Assembly (NCBI GenBank): GCA_040954595.2
Contig: CM082578.2
Span: forward strand, 13,112,304-13,176,303
From: Balanoglossus misakiensis
Lineage: Eukaryota; Animalia; Hemichordata
DNA length: 64,000 bases
Direction of reading: 5' to 3'
Below are positions 27,949 to 40,300 of the stretch, in pieces (the first letter of the stretch is position 1; the number at the start of each line of letters is the position of its first letter). Both the position numbers and the translations under genes were made by a program. The notes beneath the pieces were generated by a model. That model searched no databases, was not told the DNA's origin, and saw only the letters and a list, made by a program, of their open reading frames with translations.

Positions 27949-28560
27949 AGAGACTTCGGCGAATCCCGTCGCCAGTTAACGCTGTTTAAAATGGGATCGG
28001 TTGACTAGCAGAGTCGATAAATTTTGATCAATTACGAATGAACATCTGGAGAGAGTTTTTTGTGTGGTAAAGTGCCAAACAGACTAGTAGAAAACTATTG
28101 ATTTTATGCAAAAACAAACCATAATTGTAGGTATAGCCACCTGTTCGATAAGCTTATATATGTATATGTAAACACGTTTAATGTTCACGCGTGTGGCAGC
28201 ATTCGTTTTGTACAGTCGTTTCCCGTGATGCTTTTTGGAAGCTTGATCTGATGACGTAACCTTACGTCATATGATGAGTTAACTTTTCGTTTTGATTACC
28301 GTATATGCTGAAATTCCGATCGTAGATTTATTTAAATGTAAATAGACCTTTTAAGAAAAGCTGTATATAATATTATGTGATCTGTTTAAATTTATATTGG
28401 ATTCAGGCTAGTTTTTGCTTCTATAATGTTACTGTTATATATTTTAACGGCGTGATACACGTAGTTTACAATGAAATATAGATGCAAGTCATTGTCAGCC
28501 TGTAGTCAGCCATACGTAACTGAAGTAACTTGCATTTGAACTTGATTGCTTGACGATTGA

Positions 28561-28590
28561 ATTAAAGAAAATATTCCAAGACGAAATAAA
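28561..28590 (+). terminator. Candidate polyadenylation signals of gene A
   Basis: ATTAAA 28561-28566 and AATAAA 28585-28590, ~620 nt after the stop, followed by T/GT-rich sequence. Confidence 0.45.
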
Positions 28591-29356
28591 CTGCGTTATT
28601 GACACAATGTTATAGAAAGGTGCGTTTCATTTCAATTTTCCCCACAGAGTGTCTTTGTGTTATCTTGGTTCAGGTTGAGAGTAAAACAAGTCATGCCAAT
28701 GACTGCATGGCCTCTTTCTATTTACCTTTATCCTGATTATTATGATTCGATATGAAATCAACTTACAGTAGAATGGACACGGCCCATACAAAAAACGTAC
28801 ATTATACTTGCAGTGTCAGTAATGATTGCGATGATCATAGTGAACTTTAAAAAACAATAAGAAGCTTTCAGCATTTTACGAACAGAGACCAGCTAAATAC
28901 CCTCAATGCTGAAAACTTCCGCGACATATATGAACATAGTTCATACTTAGTTACACCATGTTAAAGTGGTAATTCACTTATCTAGCGTATTTCAGCTTCG
29001 GATTAAACATTATAAAAATAACTGAAGAGAATGAGTGTGTGTTTACAATACAACTCTTAAAATATCAAATATCCGCGAACGCCAGCACGATAAATTGTCA
29101 GCGTATTGTCTAAGCAGTTCGTAACGTTCGCAAGATCGGAAATTCGCGTAGGCGTGATATCGCTTGGATGGGTTAGCCTACGTCACTGACACGTGCCTGC
29201 AACTTCAATTCACCCATGTGGAAATATTTATGTATGCACACAGCGACTTTGCAGCCTTTGTCGAGTTGACAGTGAATATATCACTTCCGGGAAGTCAGTC
29301 GACCCCCTCCAAAAAAAACTCGAACTGCCCCGGCAGTATTCCTGTTCCGTACAACT

Positions 29357-31859
29357 TCACGCCGGACAGCGGCAAATGGAGGTGTCGAATATGCCGTACT
29401 TGCACGCAGGCAGTTCACATCCGCCGTTTCTGGCACACCTACAGCAGAAATAAAGATACAGCCGTCAAGTTCATCGTCTGTACACCAGCCAACCGTTCGT
29501 GTCTGTACACTAATTCCTATACATTTAGTCTAACAGTAAGTACCACACTTCACCAAAAATCAAAACCCTTCCCTGTAAGACATGCTGATTTCTAGACCAT
29601 ACTTACTGGCACCCCTCTGCCGGAAGATGCTTCTGACCCCGTTTGATCTTTCCGCACTCTTTATTAGAGTGTAAGCAGTCGCATTCGCATGTGTGCGGAT
29701 CCTGTAAGTAGGGCTCTGGGCACGTCCTGGTACACGTACACGTGCAGCTTTCCTCGTCCCACACTTTTGGCGGTGGGCAGCCACCTGCCGGCGGTGGGCA
29801 TGACGTCAGGGTTTCCAATGTGCGGCCGTTCTCTGGATCTGCTTGGCATTCGCAACTTGTGTGTGTAGTGATGTTCTTGATTGCGACGTGACTTCCTTCC
29901 TCAGAGAAAACGTAAAACTGTGGCACAAATAAAGAAAAAAATCTGCGGTAAGTTTCATGTCACGATTTGTGATAATTTGCATATGAAATGTGAATTCGAT
30001 GATGATGATGATGATGATGATGAGTTGGGAGTTGGTTATCGTGAATGTAATGCCACGTACAGATGTTTCCCGTTAAATTCTGGATGCCGGATATAAACAT
30101 CCAAATTCAGTAGAAAATCTGGTAACGTTTTCGCGGAATCTTGTAAAATGGATTCTCCAAACCCGCCTGTCACGTGACCGTCGTTAAAAAAAACTGGCTT
30201 CTCCGGAAGCACCGTTTCTTAAATACTGCAGACTCGTTCTGTCTGACCTGGTTACTTACTAATTTTGGCGTATGCGTTTGGTTGCCGCTTATGCTTGAGC
30301 AGATCTCGCCTTCCCCGCAGCAACCGCAACTGACGTCACAACGAGGCACGGTCACGCACTCTGGCCAAAGCAGAGTTCCAAGGCGCCGCTCGTAACCCAG
30401 TTCGCTGTACGCATCGACCGTGACCTCGACTGGTTCGGCACACTGGCTCTTGTCAACCTGAACTTGGATTTCAACCAGGTCTTGAGACGTTGCTGTGGAA
30501 GAATTCAACGATTTTATCCTAATTATACATGATGCAAAAATAATTTGCTTCCTTGTATGGTCTGAAGGCATCACCCACTGACCAATAATAGCCACGTTCA
30601 AAATATCAAAATAACAAAATACACAAATACAAATTATATATACCTGGTCTGGTGACAATCGATGGTCCTAACCTCCCAATGGAATTGGCTACGTCTTTCT
30701 CTACTGTCAGATCTTGCCAAACATCTTCTGGCTCTCTGTCAGGAAACAGAATTCGTAGCACGTCATGTATATTCTTGGCCTTGCTTGCTCTGTCCAGTGG
30801 GTTGTCTTCTGAGCCAAACTGTTGGTGAATGAAGAATGATTAGTTTAGTGTAACAAGGTAAGGTTAAAAATAGTACATCGTATGCATCAGTGACCGCGGT
30901 TAGTATTTTACATCTTGACGGTTTGCGTGTCTTGCCTCTAGCTTCCGGTAAGTAACTTCCGGTCATGCTCAGTACAAGTTGACGGGCAAATGCCACGTGA
31001 CCGCTGCATTACTGAAGTATGCGGGAGTGTCCGGAATTACTAGTATTGTCAACCCTACACGTTTGTACATGTACCACGGTCAGGCAGAGGGAATGTGTTT
31101 TGTACCCAGGGATTCTCGAACCCACACGCGGGATCAGACAAGGGTCTCAACAAGGGCAAATAGGATGACGCAACATTCGCTTACGTAAAAATATTATTGC
31201 AACCTTGTCCTGAGATAAAGAAAACCGAAGGACGGCATTCATGTTTTCTTTGTGTGGTTATTCACTCGCGGTCTTTTCAACACACACACAAGCTAACGAC
31301 AAATCTGTATTTTAGTATGGTATCTGTGATGTCTATTCGGGAATGACTTATTGCCCCCCTCTCAAAAATTAGGGAGACTGCATGGCGCTGTTGACCGACA
31401 TAGCTATTACCCAGCTGGGAGAACCACACCATGATGGCCTATATTAATGATTTACAATGTCAATGCAGCCGATGAGTTGGTTAGGTGCATTGACATAGTA
31501 TGTCTGTACAGTTAATCCCAGGTATATGCCATTTCACACAGAAGAGTTAGGACATTTTCCCTGGCTGGACGTGGTCGATGCGATGCGATATTGGAGCAAC
31601 TCTGGCGAATCAAATTTGACAAATTTTCCATAAATCGCGTGAATAACCGCTCCATGACAATAGCTGGGTCACTATTGCCGTTCAATGACCTAGAATCCCT
31701 CCCTTAATGCCAATCGCACGAAACTACTGAACAATTGAGCCTTACCTGTACATTCCACACGGCCTGTAGTCTTCGGGCTCCGAACAGATCAACCGGCGTT
31801 GCCGTGGTTACGGTGAAAACTCCGAGCAGCGAAAGCAGAATGAGGCTTACTCGTTCCAT
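29357..31859 (-). CDS. VEGF: PDGF/VEGF-family growth factor, VEGF-C/D-like organisation (signal peptide, propeptide, cystine knot, CXCXC tail), ~304 aa, 5 exons
   Basis: Minus exons 31859-31746, 30818-30644, 30492-30260, 29917-29607, 29438-29357, phases consistent (915 nt). Signal MERVSLILLSLLGVFTVTTA; propeptide LDRASKAKNIHDVLRILFPD; knot CAEP..LWPECVTVPRCDVSCGCC..IC..HTSCEC; tail WDEESCTCTC, QDPHTCECDC, FDTSICRCPA-stop. Orthology to any particular vertebrate VEGF is not established. Confidence 0.92.
29998..30023. repeat. (GAT)n microsatellite in VEGF intron 3
   Basis: gatgatgat... run visible. Confidence 0.9.
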
Positions 31860-32028
31860 CCTTGAGATCTTGTTGTTGACGTTTACGCTGGGCTGGATGA
31901 TGACGTGTTCGTCGGTAAACAAAGCGACCTCTGCTGACTAATTCAACTGACAAAACCTGACCTTCAACGATTTCCACCCGACTGACTGTTGGTGCGTGTA
32001 TCTGTGGAGACACCTTCCTGTCCCCTTC

Positions 32029-32036
32029 CTTTTATA
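32029..32036 (-). promoter_or_regulatory. Candidate TATA box of the VEGF-like gene
   Basis: TATAAAAG on the minus strand ~170 nt upstream of the ATG at 31859. Confidence 0.45.
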
Positions 32037-32726
32037 GATGCTGTGTTTATTTTTAAGTTTGGAAATTCCACGGACGACAAATGAACCGTGACATCATTAA
32101 AGTGGGGTGCTTCATTCTCCGAACCGACCACCGTTTGGGTTATAATTGTTGTGAGTGCACGCAAGCGCACCATGTACCCAGCCTTCCTTTTAGAGGGATG
32201 GGCCGTTTCTTGTCGTGGGCGAGGTGGGAAAATACGTGGAAAAAACTGCAGACTGATGTCCCGATTAAAATCATCCGATCTTACAAGTATGAGTTCAGCC
32301 ACAGAGGCACGCAAAACGATGAAGAAACTGAGTGGTACCTGCTGTAACTTTCGACTAAACTTTCAGTACGTTTCTGTCCAGTGTATGCAAATACAGGCTG
32401 TGCACGTGTAACATGTGTAACAAAAGCGTTGTAATCGCTGGACTGGGAGCTTGGTTTCAAGAACGGAATTGAAAATTAAACTTCAAGAAACACGATGCTG
32501 GCAGTACTACAGTGTAAACATACATGTGGTATTAAATGCCCCGCTGCATGGAAATTATTTGCATTTTGTTTACCTCAAATTATCTTTCAATGCTTCGATA
32601 GAAATCGACAGCAAAACTGGCATGATTTTCATTGGCGATAGCATGGGCACATCATGTACCGCCATTTTCATGTGTCAGAGAACAAGATTTCACAAGAGAC
32701 CGGGAATCAGCGGTCACCGTCCCGAT

Positions 32727-32736
32727 GGGATTTCCC
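32727..32736 (+). promoter_or_regulatory. NF-kB consensus site in the VEGF / gene C divergent intergenic region
   Basis: GGGATTTCCC matches GGGRNYYYCC; Rel/NFAT-like GGAAATTCC also at 32061-32069. Motif match only. Confidence 0.3.
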
Positions 32737-34387
32737 TCGAACAACAATTGACTCCTTACACTCTGATTCCACGGAGCTCCAGGATATTTATATAAGTTTG
32801 ACGGGGGCGGTTCGACTGGCAACTAATGCATTGTGTGCAATATTTACTTGTTACTTGTGAATTTGACGATCAGCACGTTCACACTTACGAGTCAATTTTC
32901 GTGTGAAAGTAAACTCGTGAAATTAATGTGAAAAAGATTCGTATACAGTGGGGCCTTAAACGAATCACAGTGCATTGCATCATGATTCAGAAAATTCAGA
33001 TGTGAGAATGTTTCATCCCACGGAAACTTGAAATCATGCCGAACCACCAGCTTTAACGAAATTTGATATTTGCATTTTTGTTATTTTTAGGTGTAGAAGT
33101 ATCATACAGGGCGTTTAAAGTGTTTACATGGAATTGATATACATGTAATACTCTTTTAAGTTTTCTTGGTGTTATTCTTGGCAACAGACCACTTTACACG
33201 CCCACCAAAACTTGCGTCGACGGTTCTCCGCGTTCGCGTGTGGAATAGACCGCTGTGGTTTGTCATTGGGTATACACCCGGGACCTATGACATAGCCCGT
33301 GTCATGTATATCCCGGCCCTATGCATCATGTCAAGCGACTGCTGAACGGGGTATTAATTACTTGCAGAGCCTCCCACGAGCTCATCAATTACCAGTACAG
33401 GATCGCGAAAGTTTCACGACGGAAGAGTTGATTGAAGTAATTCGTCGAAAATGTTGTGTCGTTGAACTCTTCGGAGTACAGACACTGAATCGAACCATCC
33501 GCTAAAAGTTTTGTCTGCTCTGGAAGGATGTTTGGCAATGTCAGAAATCGATTACTGTGCGCCAATGTGATAGTAGATAAAGGAATATTGGATTTTCAAG
33601 AGTTTCATTTGCCAATTGACAGTTAAATGATGAAATGCATTAATACCACGGAACAGTAAACAATCAGGCAATGCTACAGTAATCGCTTTGTACAACCCGG
33701 ACAGCATATAAATTGGGTTGGTTGTGCAAGCATTTCGGAGAAATCTAAATCTCATTACTGTGGGAGATGAACGTATTGTGCATGCGCGGAATTTGTTTTT
33801 CATTCTGAAAACAAAGGAAAGTACCCCACGACGGAAAATGACGGACTACAGCACTGAAGGGGCCGTTTAACATTGCAGATACATGGGTCGCTTTCATGAA
33901 CATGCCACAAACAGGACGTTAACAACTCAATTAAAACTCAGAGGTATAAAAAGCAATTTGAATGCTTCATTTATATTGGTGGAATTCGGACAAGAAGTAA
34001 GACGAAAGAACTTGCACACCACATGACCCTTGAAATTAACATAAAGTATATCATGTTTTGAATAAATATAACAAAATAAAATATAAACAAGTAGAATGCG
34101 TGCCACGAAAATGCAGTCCAGAATCAAATAAACTGAGGCTATATTTTCAGGATTACCGGTATTCCATTCTTTGATTTTTCGATCCACCCAGCTTTCCCGC
34201 GAACGATCGTTGTAGTTTAATGTTTTGATCGATATCTTATTCGTATATGCCAGTCGTTGTCATGGAAACTCCAACTGGAGGTTTCATCTCGCGCGATACT
34301 CGCCAAGGAGCAGAACTGACTCTGGCCAGCCACTTTCGACTGACGGGCTTCTTGCTTGCCGGGAGGACGTGCCTCTTTCAGGACAAA

Positions 34388-37300
34388 ATGAAAATGTTTT
34401 GTCAGTGCATTTTGTTGGTCCTGTTGCTGCACACTAATCTTCTAAATAAAGGTGAGAAAATCGAGAGAAAATTGCAATTAATTCAGGCCTAGTTATGTTT
34501 TCGGTAACAATGAAGTCGCATTTTCGTCTTTGCAGTAAATGGCGCCGACGTGCAGTTTTGCAAGAAAAGTGTGAAGGCCGCTGACGACTGTGACTCAAAA
34601 TCTTGTCAGAAGTAAGTATTCTCCAGTATCTTCAACAAAACACCCCGTGGCGAAAGGGAGAAGTGTACGACGCGTATACTTGTGGTATTTTTTGTTGACA
34701 TTTTTGCTGTTGTTTTTCTTATGAACATCGCTACTTTCTTTTTAGTCATTTTCCGCCTGAATCAATGACCATCGCTTACTTTCACACGTTCTTTTCAATA
34801 TTTCAGACCACTTGAGTCGGTGTGTCTCCATGGATACTGCAACAAAGAGGGAGACTGTGTCTGCGATGCATGCTGGGAAGGCCCAAGCTGTGACAAATAT
34901 TCAGGTATTTGACTACATATTACTGTTACGCTAATGTGCCTCGAAAATCAGTCATCCGCTTTCTCTCACGTTTTGCTCAAGCCAAATTTACATTACGTAT
35001 CGTCTTCCCATCAGATCCTACTATTTTGATGGAAACATCGCCATCGTTTCAACGGTATATCTGCGATCTTTTGGAATGTCAAATTTACCTTTTGGTATAA
35101 GCCGGAACAGTTTTGTTCAATGCAAAAGAAGTCGCGCAATGTCGATAAAACAATAATGGCCACCTGCGTCCAAACATGTCTTATCCATTTATGCTCCAGC
35201 GATATTGATCATTTTGCTCAGTTTTCTTTGGAAATTCAATTATTGTACCGAGTATGCAGTGAATGACAATACTGAATATGGAATCAATTAACTAGTACAT
35301 TTAGAAGCAAGAATATCGACTAAAAACAAAATCAAACCCGGTTTAATTGTCCTTCAGTAAGGTTGTCTGGACGATTGTGACGTAATACCACAGAAGAAAT
35401 AGTTTCGGAAACTGCAGTTGCAACAAATGTCAAACGTGATCGTTAAAATTTTGAATTTTTTTTCGATCTGTTTCCCGACCAGGGCGAATAGCTGTCAAAT
35501 ACACTTTACTGTACTGACTTTTGGAAAACTAATGAAAATTTGGCAGAGCTACCAATCTACCTACCAACCAACCAACCAACCAACCAACCAACCAACCAAC
35601 CAACCAACCAACCAACCAACCAACCTACCTACCTACCTACATACCTACTATACCTACCTACCTACCTACAAACGCACACACGCATGCATACACATTTTAA
35701 TGGCCTGAGTTGAAAAACATACATGCATAATTAAACTAATGATGGTCCTTTCCACAGTCAAGTTCGTTAAAAGAAAGTATGAAGTAAACCTTGCTGCCGA
35801 TTTTCCGCAAGGAGTGGATTTCCTGTTTCTCGAAGTTGCGAACGCCGAGGCCGAACGGCGAGATTTCGCCGGCTGCGCAGACGCGGTAGCATTCGCAATC
35901 TCGTGGGACAGCAGTCACACCTTTCAAGTGGATGCAAACAGTGGTGGCATAAGACTCTCTCCCGGCGCCGATGTGCAGGAAGGCGAAGAGCATGGCATTG
36001 AAGTGGTGGCCAGACACAGATCTGAAGACGGTCATCGAAGTTATGATGTCGACACTGCACGGGTTGTCATTCACATTGGCCCAAAGGACAGTGACAATGA
36101 AGTCATACTAGATCGAAGAAAAAGGGTACGCACCTATACATGTACCTACAACCAGTAACACGAAAAAGCGTATTGTATATCGATGGGCAGCGCATTTTAA
36201 CATGTAAAACCCCATGGTGTGGCCACCATTGCAAATTATAGCCAAACTTACTATAAGAAGAAAACTCGCCACTTCGTGTTCTTTAGAATACTTAGACACT
36301 CAGACTTTTAGCCATAAGTGAGAATATGTAATAAATTATGGTGGATTTAATTCCGTTAAACCCTGACAGAATAGAGAATAACAAAAACTGTCTTTCTTTT
36401 CAAAGTTTGTCGCAGGGGAATCTGAGAATGTGACTTTTGCATTGGAGAAAATCGGCGACTCGGTGGACACGACTGAGGTGTCCCTGGGCACGCGGGTGTC
36501 TTTCCGCATGTCGATAACATTTCCGTTGAATTCGGAGACGGACGTGACGGCGGAAATTTACACGGTTGACGAGAGCACGGCAGCGATGGTGATTTGTAAC
36601 CCCGCGGTAACACACGTCGGCGATAACATCGTTATTCCGCCTGAACAGTCGCTCCAACCGATACTCGAGGCTAGCACTGGTAACATTATGCAGGTACTGT
36701 ATTGAATGATGTGTATTATACTGTTTTCATGGCGAAAATGCCAAATTGTTGTTATGGTAGTTATTCTATCTCGCACACTGCAATGCATGGCAGTGTGTGG
36801 GAGAGAATTTGTGTACACTTTCCCCACCAAATCATCCTAGAACTTTGGGAGCTGGAATTTAAAACGGGACTGTAGCACTGTTAACTAATTTTCCTTCATC
36901 ACGTGTATACAAAGCCTGACATTGCCACGTTTGAATTCGGGCGTGTATCCAACAATGGCCTCGATTTGGACAACATCAACTCCAGTCAAATCCACATAGA
37001 GTTCGATGCAGTCATGGTGGACGAAACCAATACCGTTGAGGGCGGCACTTACTGGGTGAGCGCCGGCGCACAGTATGACGAAGAAAACCAGGTCTGGATT
37101 GGACAGAAACAATTGAGTACAACTACGATAGCCTATACTGAGGTGAGAAGTTTTGTAAGTCGTTTTCGTATATAAGTTGCTGATTTGTTGTTTTCTAACC
37201 TGGGAGAGTGGGTGGTGGATGGGGTTTTGAAATGGACTGATACATGGATGGATGGACGGATGGATGGACTATCTGACTGACGCGTCCAATGTATGCTCTA

Positions 37301-40300
37301 GACAATGTGTAATCGACCGCATCTATTTTTTTCTCTTATGTTGTTTCTCCAGCCGCCGATCGGTTCTGCTGTCGTCGAATTTGACGTGCCGAGTGTTGTT
37401 AATGCCGGATCTACCTTCATCGCGACCCTTGACATCTTCGTTCCCCAGCAACAGGCGTCCATCGTCGTAACAGTCAACGCTCTGTCAGGCTACCCAAACG
37501 CAATGTCTGTGTGCCATCTTGGAATCGTCCGCGTAGGATCGGATTGGGATTGCATGCCCATATTTGAAGCCGTTCCACTGTTCACCTTAGATGATGGAGG
37601 AGTCTTCAGCAAGCAAGCCGAATTAAATCTTGGTACCATAAGGAAAACCGGTACGTCATAAGCAATCGTACGGCTGGGCAGAGCATTCTCTCTTCTTGTC
37701 CACGTGACTCTCCTTTCAGAACTGCGATTCCCTGGTTTGCTTTTTAACACTCCCGATATTTCTATGATATTTTCAGTTGCACCAGGTGTCAGCGACCCTC
37801 TGGACACGCTGATCTCTTTGGAGATCTTGATGACAGTTGCAGCAGACGTTTTGATTGGTGAGACCTTCCACGTCGACGCTGCGGTCGAATTCGACGGCGC
37901 CCCCTTGTGGTCATCGGTTGTGCCTGTAGCAACAGCACCTGAGCTGCTGCCAATTCCACTACAAATTGTAAGTCGCATACACCCCGAGATAATTTCAGTA
38001 TACTAAGTATATGGGCTTGTTTTCCAAGCAAGCAAATGTTTTAAAACATAATTGCTAAGAAGTTTGGCGACAACTGTGTTTAAAGATTGGAGAGATGATA
38101 TTTTACCTCGCATTCTTAAAGAGAACGTTAGTGCACGGCGTGGGCAGATTGTGAAGGGTGACAAAATGTCGGAAGAGGGGAGGGGGGTGAGATGAATGCG
38201 AGAAAAATATTTTTCAGGCGCCGCCCGGACTTGAACCTGGGGTCTCTAGTTGTTACCAACCAGTGCTCTTACCAGCTAAGCCACAGCGCCTTCCTACTCT
38301 CTCCACAGTTTCTTAAGATCATAATAAAATGCGCAGTACATGTAAGGCAGACAAAATATGACGTCGGATAAGTCGTCTTGAAATCGATACCGGCTGTTAA
38401 AAATTCCTCGCGTGTAAGACAACATAAGTCAGCACGCATAAATTTCGCAATATTGTCCCGCCATTGTGTATTCTGCAACTTTCATTCGCGACGATGTCAA
38501 ATGACAATTTTCCCCTCAACCACATGAACAAAACAGGAGCAAAGCGATTTTGATGAAAAGAGCGAGGCTGGAAAATATTTCCACAATGGCGGCCATCATC
38601 GCCAACTCTGTCTCAGTGTGGCGCATGTGTATGGAAGCGAGGACGGACACAGCTGTCCTCGCGCATGTGTTTTACGAAAATATTTCGTGTCATGATGTGG
38701 CACGCACTGTCATACTTGCCCCGATCATGCCAAGAATTTTACAAGCATTAGCCCGAGTAAGCGACTTCTAACTGCACAAGTGTCATTCTCACACAAGTTT
38801 GTTTTCACAAATGGCTTATATCTATAATAAATCCCACGTACTTCTGACTTACATTTGATTCTCTATCCCTGGTACTTCAGCTACCGGAGTCACTCGGTTT
38901 CCGCACATATATCGACGATAATGTTGTCATCAACGCGTCCTTCGTCTTGGACCTAGATGTTACCTTGGTGGAAAACACTGTTGGCGATTACACGATTGAC
39001 TTTGCGATGCCCTTTGACGAGACGGCCATGATGAGCATCTGTGACGTCACCCTGGTATTCACGGGTTTCAACATACCTTGCATCTACCACCTGGACGTGG
39101 AGCTGAGCTCCAGGGGTCATCCTGAGGTCAAAGACCGGGCGACCATCGCCCTCTCGTCTGTCCGCAATCTTGGAAGACGCGGCGGGCCCGACGACGATAA
39201 ACTGATTTTCAGGAGCGTCGTGAAAGTCGAAAATCATCGTTTGCTGTCGCCCGGGTCAACCGTGGAGGCGTTAGCCCGTGTTAATGGCGACGCTACATTT
39301 AAAACCTTGGCAGTGGTGGCACCGAACCAAATAACGGTAAAAAATTGTTTATGGATTCTTCTAAATGAAGTGCGATGGACAATATTAGTTGCATGTTAGT
39401 CTCACGATATATAATTACAATAAACAAAGCCTATGACATATACCATCCTGTAGATTTTAAGAGCTTGTGGATAAAAATGATTTTATAATGATAAAATATT
39501 GCCCCACCCAATGAAATTTATTTCCAAGGATAAAGTTCATCATCACCATCAGAAACATAATGTATACACGGCTACGTTACCTGGGGTATGATATTAGCCT
39601 GCAAAACTTGGGATAATAAACGACGCCTTTTTGCGTGTGTTTTTTGCAAGAGTGATTGAATAAACCTGTACTATGAACATGATGCCTAAGGCAAATATTT
39701 ATTCTCTCCTTTATGTTGTTCTGTGTCCACTTCCAGAACGCTAGTCCAACTTTCTCTGCATCAACCTTACCATCCAGTTACGTCTACCCAGGAGCGCCTA
39801 CATCAGCCACATTTGTGATACACACCTCACCAGGAGAGACCCTTGCATCCGTGACCGTTCACGCCAGTCAACGGGGCTCTCCCTCCGCACTGTCGATATG
39901 CCAGGCGAAAGTGGTTTACGTGGGCGACGGTTTGCCTTGTCTCCAAAACGATGTTAGGACCATCAACAACCAAGTGGAGTATACTGTCGAGTGAGTTTAG
40001 TTTTCTCAATCATATACGACAGGTCACGTGAGTGAATGAATGAGTGAGTGAGTGAGTGAGAAAGTGAGTGAGTGAGTGAGTGAGCGATACTCAATTTCAA
40101 TTCACAACCACCACCACCACCACCAAACAACAACAACAACAAATTTTGTGAGAATAGCAACATTAAACTTCAACCTTTTCCTTTCCAGTCAGCAATATGC
40201 CACAGAAGCAACCATACATCTCGGCACAATATCGAATGTACAAGTAGACGAGTCGTGGAATGCCATCAACGTTTTCCATCACATGATTATGATCAGCGTG

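Noticed and set aside
28248-28275. CTGATGA hammerhead ribozyme core
   Set aside because: No GAAA after the stem and no stems I/III.
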